DNA of 64,000 nucleotides from Escherichia coli (GCF_030013595.1 NZ_CP122768.1), one strand, 5' to 3'. Positions 36,038 through 50,446 are shown, numbered from the stretch's first letter. Translations and numbers: made by a program. Notes: a model not told the origin generated them from the sequence alone.

Positions 36038-37254
36038 CTTTTTCCGTCGACAAAGTGCGGGCCGACTTTCCGGTGCTTTCGCGTGAGGTAAACGGTTTGC
36101 CGCTGGCTTATCTCGACAGCGCCGCCAGTGCACAGAAACCGAGCCAGGTGATTGACGCCGAGGCCGAGTTTTATCGTCATGGCTACGCGGCGGTGCATCG
36201 CGGTATTCATACCTTAAGCGCCCAGGCGACCGAGAAAATGGAGAACGTGCGCAAGCGGGCATCGCTGTTTATTAATGCCCGTTCGGCGGAAGAGCTGGTG
36301 TTCGTCCGCGGCACGACGGAAGGGATCAATCTGGTCGCCAATAGCTGGGGTAACAGCAATGTGCGGGCGGGCGATAACATCATCATCAGTCAGATGGAGC
36401 ACCACGCTAACATTGTTCCCTGGCAGATGCTTTGCGCACGCGTTGGCGCAGAGCTGCGTGTGATCCCGCTCAATCCCGACGGTACGTTGCAACTGGAGAC
36501 GCTACCTACGCTGTTTGATGAGAAAACTCGCCTGCTGGCAATTACTCATGTCTCCAACGTGCTGGGAACGGAAAATCCGCTGGCGGAAATGATCACGCTT
36601 GCGCATCAGCATGGCGCAAAAGTACTGGTGGATGGCGCTCAGGCGGTGATGCATCATCCGGTGGACGTTCAGGCGCTGGATTGCGATTTTTACGTGTTCT
36701 CCGGGCATAAACTGTATGGCCCCACTGGGATTGGCATTCTTTATGTCAAAGAAGCCTTGCTACAGGAGATGCCGCCGTGGGAAGGGGGCGGTTCTATGAT
36801 CGCCACCGTCAGCCTGAGTGAAGGCACTACCTGGACCAAAGCACCTTGGCGGTTTGAAGCCGGTACACCCAATACCGGGGGCATCATTGGTCTTGGCGCG
36901 GCGCTGGAGTATGTGTCGGCGCTGGGGCTTAATAACATAGCCGAGTATGAACAGAATCTGATGCACTACGCGCTATCACAGCTGGAATCTGTACCGGATC
37001 TCACTCTCTATGGCCCGCAGAACAGGCTTGGCGTTATTGCTTTTAATCTCGGTAAACACCACGCCTATGATGTTGGCAGTTTTCTCGATAACTACGGCAT
37101 TGCTGTGCGTACCGGACATCACTGCGCTATGCCATTAATGGCCTATTACAACGTTCCTGCTATGTGTCGGGCGTCGCTGGCCATGTATAACACCCATGAA
37201 GAAGTGGATCGTCTGGTGACCGGCCTGCAACGTATTCACCGTCTGCTGGGATAA
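36034..37254 (+). CDS. sufS: cysteine desulfurase (PLP-dependent)
   Basis: 406-aa ORF recognised as SufS. Confidence 0.95.
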   Translation: MTFSVDKVRADFPVLSREVNGLPLAYLDSAASAQKPSQVIDAEAEFYRHGYAAVHRGIHTLSAQATEKMENVRKRASLFINARSAEELVFVRGTTEGINLVANSWGNSNVRAGDNIIISQMEHHANIVPWQMLCARVGAELRVIPLNPDGTLQLETLPTLFDEKTRLLAITHVSNVLGTENPLAEMITLAHQHGAKVLVDGAQAVMHHPVDVQALDCDFYVFSGHKLYGPTGIGILYVKEALLQEMPPWEGGGSMIATVSLSEGTTWTKAPWRFEAGTPNTGGIIGLGAALEYVSALGLNNIAEYEQNLMHYALSQLESVPDLTLYGPQNRLGVIAFNLGKHHAYDVGSFLDNYGIAVRTGHHCAMPLMAYYNVPAMCRASLAMYNTHEEVDRLVTGLQRIHRLLG

Positions 37255-37266
37255 CAGGGAGGCACT

Positions 37267-37683
37267 ATGGCTTTATTGCCGGATAAAGAAAAATTGCTGC
37301 GTAATTTTTTACGCTGCGCCAACTGGGAAGAGAAATATCTCTACATTATTGAGCTGGGCCAGCGTCTGCCAGAATTACGCGACGAAGACCGAAGCCCACA
37401 AAATAGCATTCAGGGTTGCCAGAGTCAGGTGTGGATTGTGATGCGTCAGAATGCCCAGAGAATTATTGAATTACAGGGCGACAGCGATGCGGCGATTGTG
37501 AAAGGGCTTATTGCGGTCGTCTTTATTCTCTATGATCAAATGACGCCGCAGGATATTGTCAATTTCGATGTGCGTCCGTGGTTTGAAAAAATGGCGCTCA
37601 CCCAACATCTCACCCCATCTCGTTCACAAGGTCTGGAAGCGATGATTCGCGCAATTCGCGCCAAAGCCGCTGCACTTAGCTAA
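37267..37683 (+). CDS. sufE: sulfur acceptor protein SufE
   Basis: 138-aa ORF recognised as SufE. Confidence 0.95.
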   Translation: MALLPDKEKLLRNFLRCANWEEKYLYIIELGQRLPELRDEDRSPQNSIQGCQSQVWIVMRQNAQRIIELQGDSDAAIVKGLIAVVFILYDQMTPQDIVNFDVRPWFEKMALTQHLTPSRSQGLEAMIRAIRAKAAALS

Positions 37684-37831
37684 ACTAAAGGGACAGCTTT
37701 CATCCGGTTGGCTCACATTGCCGGATGGTCAATGTTTACACTGACCTGCACAGGAGTGTTTCGGTTTCAGGTGAACATAAGTGCCATCCGACGTTTCAGC
37801 GTGAGTCTCCGGCAAATACAGGAGGTTTACA

Positions 37832-38836
37832 ATGAAACGCGCGTCTTTGCTTACACTCACGCTTATCGGCGCTTTTAGCGCCATCCAGGCTGCCTGGGCG
37901 GTTGATTATCCGCTACCTCCAACCGGAAGCCGACTGGTTGGGCAAAATCAAACGTATACGGTGCAAGAAGGGGATAAAAACCTTCAGGCCATCGCCCGAC
38001 GTTTTGATACTGCGGCAATGTTGATCCTTGAAGCCAATAACACTATCGCCCCGGTGCCAAAACCTGGTACGACGATAACTATTCCTTCGCAACTGTTATT
38101 ACCTGATGCGCCGCGTCAGGGGATTATCGTTAACCTGGCAGAGCTGCGCCTTTATTATTATCCGCCGGGAGAAAATATCGTGCAGGTCTATCCGATAGGT
38201 ATTGGTTTGCAGGGGCTGGAAACGCCAGTGATGGAAACGCGTGTGGGGCAGAAAATCCCTAACCCAACCTGGACGCCTACGGCGGGCATTCGTCAGCGTT
38301 CGTTGGAGCGTGGCATTAAATTACCGCCAGTCGTTCCTGCCGGGCCAAATAACCCACTAGGACGTTACGCACTGCGCCTCGCGCATGGTAATGGCGAATA
38401 CCTCATTCATGGCACCAGTGCGCCGGACAGCGTCGGTTTGCGCGTCAGTTCGGGCTGTATTCGCATGAATGCGCCGGATATTAAAGCCTTATTCTCCAGC
38501 GTGCGGACGGGAACGCCGGTGAAAGTGATCAACGAACCGGTGAAATATTCCGTGGAACCGAACGGGATGCGTTATGTTGAAGTACATCGACCACTATCAG
38601 CAGAAGAACAGCAGAACGTTCAGACAATGCCATACACACTGCCAGCAGGCTTTACGCAATTTAAAGACAATAAGGGTGTAGATCAGAAATTAGTCGATAA
38701 AGCGTTGTATCGTCGGGCAGGGTATCCGGTTGCGGTGAGCAGTGGAGCAACTCCCGCAGCCAGCAATGCGCCTTCAGTAGAGTCAGCGCAGAATGGTGAA
38801 CCAGAGCAAGGGAATATGTTACGCGCGACGCAGTAG
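37832..38836 (+). CDS. ldtE: L,D-transpeptidase (YnhG)
   Basis: 334-aa ORF with signal peptide and YkuD catalytic motif [20 protein letters not shown]. Confidence 0.9.
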   Translation: MKRASLLTLTLIGAFSAIQAAWAVDYPLPPTGSRLVGQNQTYTVQEGDKNLQAIARRFDTAAMLILEANNTIAPVPKPGTTITIPSQLLLPDAPRQGIIVNLAELRLYYYPPGENIVQVYPIGIGLQGLETPVMETRVGQKIPNPTWTPTAGIRQRSLERGIKLPPVVPAGPNNPLGRYALRLAHGNGEYLIHGTSAPDSVGLRVSSGCIRMNAPDIKALFSSVRTGTPVKVINEPVKYSVEPNGMRYVEVHRPLSAEEQQNVQTMPYTLPAGFTQFKDNKGVDQKLVDKALYRRAGYPVAVSSGATPAASNAPSVESAQNGEPEQGNMLRATQ

Positions 38837-38851
38837 CGGTAAATAGCAGAC

Positions 38852-38883
38852 AAAAAAAATGGCGCACAATGTGCGCCATTTTT
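38852..38883. terminator. bidirectional intrinsic terminator between ldtE and lpp
   Basis: A-run, stem ggcgcac-aat-gtgcgcc, T-run. Confidence 0.8.
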
Positions 38884-38899
38884 CACTTCACAGGTACTA

Positions 38900-39148
<249 letters not shown>

Positions 39149-39181
39149 CTAGATTGAGTTAATCTCCATGTAGCGTTACAA

Positions 39182-39211
39182 GTATTACACAAAGTTTTTT
39201 ATGTTGAGAAT
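39182..39211 (-). promoter_or_regulatory. lpp promoter (-35 TTCTCA, -10 TAATACT, 17-bp spacer)
   Basis: Minus-strand sequence matches the classic lpp promoter as I remember it. Confidence 0.7.
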
Positions 39212-39390
39212 ATTTTTTTGATGGGAAGGCACTTATTTTTGATCGTTCGCTCAAAGAAGCATCGAACGCTGGGTTTTAGATAAAAAAATTTAGAGAAAAC
39301 AGGATGCTTCCATCGGATTCATCTTAGATAAAGTGAGATTATATAGTGAAATCCGATTTGATTTTTTATTGCTTCTGGTTATAGATTAAA

Positions 39391-39416
39391 TAAAAAAAGC
39401 GCCCATCAGGGCGCTT
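39391..39416 (-). terminator. intrinsic terminator after pykF
   Basis: Stem aagcgccc-atca-gggcgctt followed by U-run on minus strand, 30 bp after pykF stop. Confidence 0.7.
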
Positions 39417-39446
39417 CGATATACAAATTAATTCACAAAAGCAATA

Positions 39447-40859
39447 TTACAGGACGTGAACAGATGCGGTGTTAGTAGTGCCGCTCGGTACCAGTGCACC
39501 AGAAACCATAACTACGACGTCGCCTTTGTGTGCCAGACCGCTCTGCAGAGCCAGTTCTTTACCCAGACGGTAGAAATCATCAGTAGAAGTGATCTCTTTA
39601 ACCAGCTGCGGCACAACGCCTTTGCTCAGTACCAACTGATGAGCCGTTTTTTCGTTGGTGGTCAGTGCCAGGATGGTGGCATCCGGGAAGTATTTACGTA
39701 CTGCGCGAGCAGATTTACCGCCCTGGGTGGCAACCACGATCAGCGGAGCATCCAGTTTTTCAGCAGTTTCAACGGCACCACGGCATACCGCTTCGGTAAT
39801 GCGCAGTTTACGGTTGTCATTGTTGAACTCGAGACGGCTGTTCATCACGCGGTCGGTACGTTCGCAGATGGTCGCCATGATAGAAACCGCTTCCAGCGGG
39901 TATTTACCTTTTGCGGATTCACCAGACAGCATCACTGCGTCAGTACCGTCGAGGATGGCGTTTGCAACGTCACCGGCTTCTGCGCGAGTCGGGCGTGGGT
40001 TTTTGATCATGGAATCCAGCATTTGGGTCGCAGTGATAACGACTTTACGTGCACGGATACATTTTTCGATCATCATCTTCTGGGCGAAGATAACTTCTTC
40101 TACCGGGATTTCTACACCCAGGTCGCCACGCGCAACCATGATGCCGTCAGAGGCTTCGAGGATTTCGTCGAAGTTGTTGAGGCCTTCCTGGTTTTCGATT
40201 TTGGAGATGATGTGGATGTTTTCGCCGCCGTGCGCTTTCAGGTGCTCACGGATTTCGATAACGTCAGAACGCTTACGAATAAAGGAAGCAGCGACAAAGT
40301 CTACGCCTTGTTCGCAACCAAAGATCAGGTCCTGTTTGTCTTTTTCAGCCAGTGCTGGCAGGGTAATGGAAACGCCAGGCAGGTTCACACCTTTGTTTTC
40401 ACCCAGGTCGCCGTTGTTCAGCACTTTACAGATAACTTTGTTACCTTCAATGGCAGTAACTTCCATACCGATCAGACCATCGTCAACCAGTACGGTGTTG
40501 CCAACAGACAGGTCAGTTGTGAAACCTTCATACGTTACCGCAACCATTTCGCTGTTGCCGATAACAGATTTATCAGTGGTGAAAGTAAAGGTCTGACCCG
40601 CTTTCAGAGAAACGTCGTTACCGCCTTCCAGTTTCATGGTGCGGATTTCCGGACCTTTGGTATCAAGCAGGATAGCGGCGGTTTTACCAGTTTTGCTCAT
40701 CACGTTGCGCAGATTCTGAATGCGCTGACCGTGTTCTGCATAGTCACCATGAGAGAAGTTCAGACGCATAACGTTCATGCCAGCGTCCAGCATTTTAGCT
40801 AACATCTCTTCAGATTCGGTTTTCGGTCCGATGGTGCAAACAATTTTGGTCTTTTTCAT
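39447..40859 (-). CDS. pykF: pyruvate kinase I
   Basis: 470-aa ORF from [15 protein letters not shown] (track ORF extends 72 codons upstream). Confidence 0.95.
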
Positions 40860-41416
40860 GACAGTCTTAGTCTTTAAGTTGAGAAGGATGGGAGAAACTT
40901 GCTTTCTGGGCGCACTGCCGGAAAGCGAATCCGGTATTACGAAAGTGGTGGTGCCTCGCTCTAAGGATAGGTGACATCGAAAAAGCGTGCAGAGGAATGT
41001 GTGCTTGTGTCTCAGCCCAACGTGAGTGCCTGTTTTTGAGTCGTTGAGTTCTACAGTCCAAAGTGCTGAAACCATTCAAGAGTCAATTGGCGCGCATTAT
41101 ACGCTGAAATTAATCCAAAAGGAAAACAAAAACAGCGTTTCAAAAAATATACAACTTGTAAGACAATAAATTGTTATCAAAGATTTAACGTTACAGGGAA
41201 AAGGTTACGCAAAAACTTCGTTGTTTGCGCAACGTCTGGGGCCGGGGTTGTCAGTGTGAGGATAAGTGAGAGTTCATCCGGCGTATAAAATACATCATCG
41301 CTCAATTGCTACAGTGAAAATAATTTATCGCGTTATTTGTCTGATTTTGTTTGGTTTTTGTTTAATTGGTTAGATTGATATATGCTGATAGTTGGCATGA
41401 TAAATAGGTATAAAGA

Positions 41417-41626
41417 ATGGGAAATCGGACAAAAGAGGATGAACTGTACCGAGAAATGTGCAGAGTTGTCGGTAAAGTTGTGCTGGAAATGCGCGATCTG
41501 GGGCAGGAACCAAAGCATATTGTTATCGCAGGCGTATTACGTACAGCATTAGCCAATAAACGCATTCAGCGCAGTGAGCTGGAAAAGCAGGCGATGGAAA
41601 CCGTCATTAACGCACTGGTAAAATGA
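41417..41626 (+). CDS. ydhZ: small protein YdhZ (FumD)
   Basis: 69-aa ORF MGNRTKEDELYREM... Confidence 0.75.
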   Translation: MGNRTKEDELYREMCRVVGKVVLEMRDLGQEPKHIVIAGVLRTALANKRIQRSELEKQAMETVINALVK

Positions 41627-41866
41627 CCATTCAGGATGAGGCGGTAAGCTTCATCCTGATATTCTTGCTTCAGTTGCGGTCGAGTTAATCATTCTAAATA
41701 ACAACTGCTGAAATTATACGAATTTCGGTATGTATTTTAATTTATAACGATAATGTTATTTTTATTTTCTGCAATGAACGTCACAAATAATTGTCGTTTA
41801 AGTTAAATTTATTTCAAATGATAATAAATATCAGTTCACTTATAATTTCTTGCTTTGTGATTTTAA

Positions 41867-41880
41867 TTGATAACGATCAA
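41867..41880 (+). promoter_or_regulatory. FNR-box consensus upstream of ydhY
   Basis: TTGAT-aacg-ATCAA, perfect FNR/CRP-family palindrome about 200 bp upstream of ydhY ATG in AT-rich DNA. Confidence 0.55.
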
Positions 41881-42081
41881 TGTTAAGAGCTCAGAATAAT
41901 CACATTATTTTTTCTCCTAACCATAAAGGATTAGTTTATCAGCGTTAAATCTTTTCTCATACACTATCGGGTTAGGGAAAATATCTGGTGTTGGGGACAG
42001 AGTCAGCAGCGTATTAGTTGAATGCTTAATATCAGTCTGCTGAATTGTCAGCACTGTGTTTGCGAAGAGGATGCGAAATAA

Positions 42082-44832
<2,751 letters not shown>

Positions 44833-44835
44833 GGA

Positions 44836-45495
44836 ATGGGTGAGATGAACCATCAGGATGAATTGCCGTTAGCGGAAGTCAGCGAAATTGACGAGGCGAA
44901 GCGGCAATGGTTGCAGGGGATGCGTCACCCCGTTGATACGGTAAGTGAAGACATCACAGAACCAGAACCTGCTGAAATCCTGGCAGAGTTCATTCGCCAG
45001 CATTCTGCGGCTGGGCAGCTGGTGGCGCGCGCCGTGTTTCTCTCGCCGCCCTATTCGGTTGCAGAAGAGGAACTGTCAGTTTTGCTGGAAAACATTAAGC
45101 AGAACGGAGACTACGCGGATATCGCGTGTATGACGGGAAGCCAGGATGATTACTATTACTCAACGCAGGCCATGAGTGAAAACTACGCGGCGATGTCTTT
45201 GCAAGTTGTGGAGCAGGACATTTGTCGCGCCATTGCACACGCCGTTCGTTTTGAGTGCCAGACGTATCCTCGTCCTTACAAAGTCGCCATGCTGATGCAA
45301 GCGCCATATTACTTCCAGGAAGCGCAGATCGAATCCGCGATCGCCGCGATGGATATTGCACCTGAATATGCTGATATACGGCAGGTGGAGTCATCGACGG
45401 CGGTGTTGTACTTGTTTAGCGAGCGATTTATGACCTATGGCAAGGCGTATGGCTTATGCGAATGGTTCGAGGTAGAGCAGTTTCAGAACCCCTGA
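44836..45495 (+). CDS. ydhW: uncharacterised acidic protein
   Basis: 219-aa ORF immediately after ydhV. Confidence 0.75.
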   Translation: MGEMNHQDELPLAEVSEIDEAKRQWLQGMRHPVDTVSEDITEPEPAEILAEFIRQHSAAGQLVARAVFLSPPYSVAEEELSVLLENIKQNGDYADIACMTGSQDDYYYSTQAMSENYAAMSLQVVEQDICRAIAHAVRFECQTYPRPYKVAMLMQAPYYFQEAQIESAIAAMDIAPEYADIRQVESSTAVLYLFSERFMTYGKAYGLCEWFEVEQFQNP

Positions 45496-45558
45496 AATTT
45501 CAGGGAGATGTCATGGATAGGGTGGACAGTTGCAGCCACTGCATTAGGGGATAATCAG

Positions 45559-46227
45559 ATGTCCTTCACTCGACGCAAATTTGTTCTGGGGATGGGAACA
45601 GTAATCTTTTTTACTGGTTCTGCGTCTTCTCTGTTAGCGAACACGAGGCAAGAAAAGGAAGTTCGGTATGCCATGATTCATGACGAGTCACGGTGCAATG
45701 GCTGTAATATTTGCGCCCGCGCATGCCGTAAAACTAACCACGTCCCCGCTCAGGGAAGCCGTTTATCGATAGCACACATTCCAGTCACCGATAACGACAA
45801 CGAAACGCAGTATCACTATTTTCGCCAGTCATGCCAGCACTGTGAAGATGCTCCTTGCATCGATGTTTGCCCGACAGGGGCGTCGTGGCGTGATGAGCAG
45901 GGGATCGTGCGGGTAGAAAAATCGCAGTGCATCGGCTGCAGTTATTGCATTGGCGCTTGCCCGTACCAGGTTCGCTACCTTAACCCTGTCACTAAAGTGG
46001 CAGATAAATGTGATTTCTGCGCTGAGTCCCGACTGGCAAAAGGCTTTCCGCCCATTTGCGTCAGCGCCTGCCCGGAACACGCCTTGATCTTTGGTCGCGA
46101 AGATAGCCCAGAAATTCAGGCGTGGTTGCAGGAAAATAAATACTATCAATATCAGCTACCTGGTGCCGGGAAACCGCATCTGTATCGCCGATTCGGTCAA
46201 CATTTGATTAAAAAGGAAAATGTATGA
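45559..46227 (+). CDS. ydhX: ferredoxin-like protein with twin-arginine signal
   Basis: 222-aa ORF from MSFTRRKFVLG (Tat motif) with four Cys-cluster motifs; track ORF starts 17 codons earlier. Confidence 0.8.
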   Translation: MSFTRRKFVLGMGTVIFFTGSASSLLANTRQEKEVRYAMIHDESRCNGCNICARACRKTNHVPAQGSRLSIAHIPVTDNDNETQYHYFRQSCQHCEDAPCIDVCPTGASWRDEQGIVRVEKSQCIGCSYCIGACPYQVRYLNPVTKVADKCDFCAESRLAKGFPPICVSACPEHALIFGREDSPEIQAWLQENKYYQYQLPGAGKPHLYRRFGQHLIKKENV

Positions 46228-47009
46228 ACCCGTCGCAACATGCTGAACAGTTTCAGAGCCTGTTGGCGAACTATGTGCCACAGTTCACTCCCGAATTTTG
46301 GCCGGTGTGGTTGATCATTGCCGGACTATTGCTGGTTGGGATGTGGTTGGTGCTGGGGCTGCATGCCTTGCTTCGTGCTCGTGGCGTGAAGAAATCAGCC
46401 ACCGATCATGGTGAGAAGATTTATCTTTACAGCAAAGCGGTCAGATTATGGCACTGGTCGAATGCGTTACTCTTTGTATTGTTGCTGGCAAGTGGGCTGA
46501 TAAATCACTTTGCGCTGGTGGGCGCAACTGCGGTTAAAAGTCTGGTTGCGGTGCATGAAGTTTGCGGATTTTTGTTACTGGCATGCTGGCTTGGCTTTGT
46601 TCTGATCAATGCCGTTGGGGGTAATGGTCACCACTATCGCATTCGTCGTCAGGGTTGGCTGGAGCGAGCGGCAAAACAAACGCGATTTTATTTGTTTGGT
46701 ATTATGCAGGGGGAAGAACATCCTTTCCCGGCAACAACACAGTCTAAATTTAATCCCTTACAGCAGGTCGCCTATGTTGGTGTCATGTATGGATTGCTGC
46801 CGTTGTTACTATTGACGGGGCTGCTGTGTCTCTATCCGCAAGCCGTGGGAGATGTGTTTCCTGGCGTAAGATACTGGTTATTGCAGGCGCATTTTGCTCT
46901 GGCATTTATAAGCCTCTTTTTTATCTTCGGTCATCTTTATCTTTGCACCACGGGGCGTACGCCACACGAAACCTTTAAAAGCATGGTCGATGGCTATCAC
47001 CGGCACTAA
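46224..47009 (+). CDS. ydhU: integral membrane cytochrome-b-like (PhsC-like) protein
   Basis: 261-aa multi-TM ORF; 4-bp overlap with ydhX. Confidence 0.8.
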   Translation: MNPSQHAEQFQSLLANYVPQFTPEFWPVWLIIAGLLLVGMWLVLGLHALLRARGVKKSATDHGEKIYLYSKAVRLWHWSNALLFVLLLASGLINHFALVGATAVKSLVAVHEVCGFLLLACWLGFVLINAVGGNGHHYRIRRQGWLERAAKQTRFYLFGIMQGEEHPFPATTQSKFNPLQQVAYVGVMYGLLPLLLLTGLLCLYPQAVGDVFPGVRYWLLQAHFALAFISLFFIFGHLYLCTTGRTPHETFKSMVDGYHRH

Positions 47010-47012
47010 CGA

Positions 47013-47825
47013 ATGATCATTACACGAGCAGACCTGCGAGAATGGCGTATCGGAGCGGTGATGTATCGCTGGTTCCTGCGCCATTTCCCACGCGGCGGTA
47101 GTTATGCCGATATTCATCATGCACTGATTGAGGAAGGATATACGGACTGGGCGGAGAGTCTGGTTGAGTATGCGTGGAAAAAATGGCTGGCGGATGAAAA
47201 CTTCGCGCATCAGGAAGTTTCCTCTATGCAAAAATTGGCCACAGATCCCGGAGAGAGAGCATTTTGTAGTCAGTTTGCCCGCAGCGACGATCATGCTCGC
47301 ATCGGCTGTTGTGACGATAACGCCAGAATCGCAACCGCTGGGTATGCTGCACAAATTGCCAGTATGGGTTATAGCGTGCGGATTGGAAGTGTCGGCTTTA
47401 ACAGTCACATTGGCAGCTCCGGTGAGCGTGCACGGGTTGCTGTAACCGGCAATTCTTCGCGGATAAGCAGCGCTGGAGATAGTAGTCGGATTGCGAATAC
47501 CGGAATGCGAGTACGCGTTTGTACATTGGGTGAACGGTGTCATGTCGCCAGTAATGGTGACCTGGTGCAAATCGCCAGCTTTGGCGCAAACGCCAGAATT
47601 GCCAACAGCGGCGACAATGTACACATCATTGCCAGCGGTGAAGATTCAACAGTAGTGAGCACGGGCGTGGTCGACTCAATTATTCTCGGGCCAGGGGGAA
47701 GCGCCGCACTGGCATATCATGACGGCGAAAGAGTTCGCTTCGCCGTCGCCATTGAAGGTGAAAACAATATTCGAGCCGGAGTCCGCTATCGCCTTAATGA
47801 ACAGCATCAGTTTGTTGAGTGCTGA
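47013..47825 (+). CDS. ydhT: uncharacterised protein with about 13 tandem 9-residue repeats
   Basis: 270-aa ORF; central region is periodic x-R-[IV]-x-x-x-G-x-x. Confidence 0.8.
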   Translation: MIITRADLREWRIGAVMYRWFLRHFPRGGSYADIHHALIEEGYTDWAESLVEYAWKKWLADENFAHQEVSSMQKLATDPGERAFCSQFARSDDHARIGCCDDNARIATAGYAAQIASMGYSVRIGSVGFNSHIGSSGERARVAVTGNSSRISSAGDSSRIANTGMRVRVCTLGERCHVASNGDLVQIASFGANARIANSGDNVHIIASGEDSTVVSTGVVDSIILGPGGSAALAYHDGERVRFAVAIEGENNIRAGVRYRLNEQHQFVEC

Positions 47826-47830
47826 TAGCT

Positions 47831-49441
47831 TTACATTTGATTAAACGAAAGACGCTGACGAGCACGGGATGCAGGCTTTACGACCGCCTGAGCCATCGCC
47901 TCACCAATTTCTGCACATGCCGTAAGTCCCTGTACGAATGGCTGGTCGTGCATCAACCAGGGCAACGCGCCGAACGCTACGCGCCCACGAATTTCTTCGG
48001 GTTGCTGTAGCGTATAATCTTCGCCAACATCAGGGATTTCATCCCCTGTTTTCTGTAATTGTTCGCGTAGTCCAGGGAAAGGAATATCTTTCACTTTAAG
48101 CGGACGCTGCCCACGGGCATCAATAAAAACGTCAAACGAGTAGCTGTTGTCTTCCGTTTTCAGGACGGTGCGCGACTCATTAATTTCCATTTCGTAGTCT
48201 TCACCGAGGGCGAGTATATGAATGATTCCCGCTTCACGTAAGGCCAGCAGCCGACGAATAGACTCTGAAGGGATTGCCGCATAATTATCTATGAAAACTC
48301 GGGCAAGGCCTTTACTGAACCGTTTATGGTCGTGTTCATTCAGATGTGGAACAATTTCCTGTACTGCTTCATGCAGGCGCAGAATGACATAACGCCAGGG
48401 AACAGTATGTTTTTCTCGTTTATTGCGTTCGACTTCCTGGAGATTTTTTTCTGCCCAGTCAAATGGGTCGCGTTGTTTGCGCTCGGCAAACCAGGCTTGA
48501 GCAAAGGAATCAACATTCAGGCTCTCTAAGGCTATGCGTTGGCTCCAGTCTGGATCAGCAAACTTGATTTCCTCTACTATCAATCTAAATACCCGATCCA
48601 AAAGGCCCTTTTCGCCTTTTTGAATCTCAGCATTTAATGCCTGATCAGTGACGATGTGTAAGGGCTCGTAGGGAATAGGGCAATAGAAATCGGCTTCGGG
48701 TAAAATACCCGTGCGCGACATTAACGTAATATTTAGCTTTTCACTTGCGTTATCGCGGTGAAAAATGACGTGTTGTTTATCATCTTCAATGAACGAACCA
48801 TGCTGAATAGCCACTGCCATTGCCGCATCTAGTCCGCTCAAGGATGTTCCCATAATACCCACGTTACACGCATCGACCTTTGCTTCCATCAGGCCTGACC
48901 ACGGGCTGGGAAAATACGTTCTGGTTGCTTCTTCTTCATCAGGCCAGACGTGACCCGTCGCGATCACTGCTAAATCAAACGTCTCGCTGGGTAAATCCTG
49001 ATTTGTAGCGAGCATGACGCCAGCATTTATAATTTGCAGATCGGTAACCTGGCATGATTCATAAACAGCCACTGCAAATTTTTGCTGTCGTGCCTGGTCT
49101 ACTAATCGTAAAAATTGATCGCGGAAATATTCGCCCAGCAGAATTCGCGGTAAAAACTGGCGATCGTGCAAGGTTTCTTTTTTAACGCCATAACGCTGGA
49201 GATGGCTGGCTTCTTGCTTTTGTAGCCATTCGAGATACGTACAATAAATCGGCGGTATTTCAATACTGGCAATATTTGCCAGCATCAGTTTTGAGTTTTC
49301 CTCATCACTGTATGGCATCCCGACACCGGCTTCGTCAGCCTGCTCGAAGATAGAAATAGAAAGTGGAGTTTGTTGCTGCAGAAGCGAGAATAAGGTGTAG
49401 ATCCCCGTAGGCCCGGCACCCACAATAGCAATTTTTTTCAT
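47831..49441 (-). CDS. ydhS: FAD/NAD(P)-binding protein of unknown function
   Basis: 536-aa ORF with N-terminal GAGPTG Rossmann motif. Confidence 0.8.
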   Translation of the reverse strand: MKKIAIVGAGPTGIYTLFSLLQQQTPLSISIFEQADEAGVGMPYSDEENSKLMLANIASIEIPPIYCTYLEWLQKQEASHLQRYGVKKETLHDRQFLPRILLGEYFRDQFLRLVDQARQQKFAVAVYESCQVTDLQIINAGVMLATNQDLPSETFDLAVIATGHVWPDEEEATRTYFPSPWSGLMEAKVDACNVGIMGTSLSGLDAAMAVAIQHGSFIEDDKQHVIFHRDNASEKLNITLMSRTGILPEADFYCPIPYEPLHIVTDQALNAEIQKGEKGLLDRVFRLIVEEIKFADPDWSQRIALESLNVDSFAQAWFAERKQRDPFDWAEKNLQEVERNKREKHTVPWRYVILRLHEAVQEIVPHLNEHDHKRFSKGLARVFIDNYAAIPSESIRRLLALREAGIIHILALGEDYEMEINESRTVLKTEDNSYSFDVFIDARGQRPLKVKDIPFPGLREQLQKTGDEIPDVGEDYTLQQPEEIRGRVAFGALPWLMHDQPFVQGLTACAEIGEAMAQAVVKPASRARQRLSFNQM

Positions 49442-49566
49442 TGTTACTTACCTGTACGCATTCTTTCGAATTTAGTGTTATCAGATAAGTTTGGTTGAGA
49501 TTTTTAGAATTTGAGAAATTTCAGACAGGGATGAAAAGGGCGCTAACCGCCCTTGATTAAATTCTG

Positions 49567-49872
49567 TCAGGCGAGTTTTGCCTGATTGATTTGACTAAGT
49601 GGCTCATTGACATCGAAAACTTTGGCGACAACTTCCTCAACGCCGAGATTTTTCAGTCGGGCAGTATGTTTTTCCAGATAGGCAAGGGCGCTTTTTTCAT
49701 CAGTAAAAAGGTAGATCCCACCGGCTTCGTGGTTCTTTTCACTTTCTGTCCATACCTTCCACAGAAAACCAGGTTCCTGATTAATCGACTCAGCAAGCGG
49801 TTTAAGCTGCTCAGCCATTGCGTCGCCAAATGGGCCATTGAAAGAAAAATGAAGTTGTAACAAAGTTGCCAT
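49567..49872 (-). CDS. ydhR: small uncharacterised protein
   Basis: 101-aa ORF. Confidence 0.75.
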   Translation of the reverse strand: MATLLQLHFSFNGPFGDAMAEQLKPLAESINQEPGFLWKVWTESEKNHEAGGIYLFTDEKSALAYLEKHTARLKNLGVEEVVAKVFDVNEPLSQINQAKLA

Positions 49873-49980
49873 AGCGATTCTCCTTCTGATAACGCATACG
49901 AAGACAGTGTAAATCTTTTAACGTATTGGATACAGAGAAGAAACAGAGGGAAAAAAGGAGAAGACCAGATTAAGAAAATC

Positions 49981-50057
49981 TGGTGCGTCCGAGTGGACTC
50001 GAACCACCGACCCCCACCATGTCAAGGTGGTGCTCTAACCAACTGAGCTACGGACGC
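49981..50057 (-). tRNA. valW: tRNA-Val (anticodon GAC)
   Basis: Reverse complement reads GCGTCCGTAGCTCAGTTGGTTAGAGCACCACCTTGACATGGTGGGGGTCGGTGGTTCGAGTCCACTCGGACGCACCA; valV/valW naming is by position and uncertain. Confidence 0.9.
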
Positions 50058-50061
50058 AGGA

Positions 50062-50138
50062 TGGTGCGTTCAATTGGACTCGAACCAACGACCCCCACCA
50101 TGTCAAGGTGGTGCTCTAACCAACTGAGCTATGAACGC
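50062..50138 (-). tRNA. valV: tRNA-Val (anticodon GAC)
   Basis: Reverse complement reads GCGTTCATAGCTCAGTTGGTTAGAGCACCACCTTGACATGGTGGGGGTCGTTGGTTCGAGTCCAATTGAACGCACCA; 4-nt spacer from the other copy. Confidence 0.9.
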
Positions 50139-50446
50139 AACGTTGTAGGTGACAACGGGGACGAATATTAGCGGCAGAGTGGGAAGGTGGCAAGAGGCAA
50201 AACGTATTTTTCTGCGGTATTTCGACCGTTTGCAGAGCTTTTAAGCAAATTGGCTATATTTTGTTGATTTGCAAGGGCGATTTTTATTCAGGATCGCATT
50301 TACATCAGATACAACCCAATAATCCGTGTATCAGAGTTTAAACAGAGTTGTTTGCCACCATCTCAAAATCTGTCGTGGATAAATCCTCCGTAGCCTTTAC
50401 ACTTAGGTAGCAATAAAGGCACACAGATGCAGCAAAGGAATAAATC

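Noticed and set aside
35522-36262. 246-aa minus-strand ORF across the sufD/sufS junction
   Set aside because: Antisense to two well-supported suf genes; Arg/Pro-rich low-complexity translation typical of GC-rich antisense frames.
39456-40802. 448-aa plus-strand ORF (and overlapping 313-aa ORF 39655-40596) antisense to pykF
   Set aside because: Both lie entirely within the well-supported pykF coding region on the opposite strand. The translations are low-complexity with no recognisable domain, and long antisense ORFs are expected opposite codon-biased, highly expressed genes.
46878-47624. 248-aa minus-strand ORF antisense to ydhU/ydhT
   Set aside because: Explained by the 27-nt periodic repeat structure of ydhT, which suppresses stop codons on the opposite strand; Ser/Thr/Gly/Ala-rich low-complexity translation.
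49983-50171. 62-aa ORF spanning the two tRNA-Val genes
   Set aside because: The sequence is the reverse complement of two canonical tRNA-Val(GAC) genes; the ORF is an artefact of translating structured RNA.
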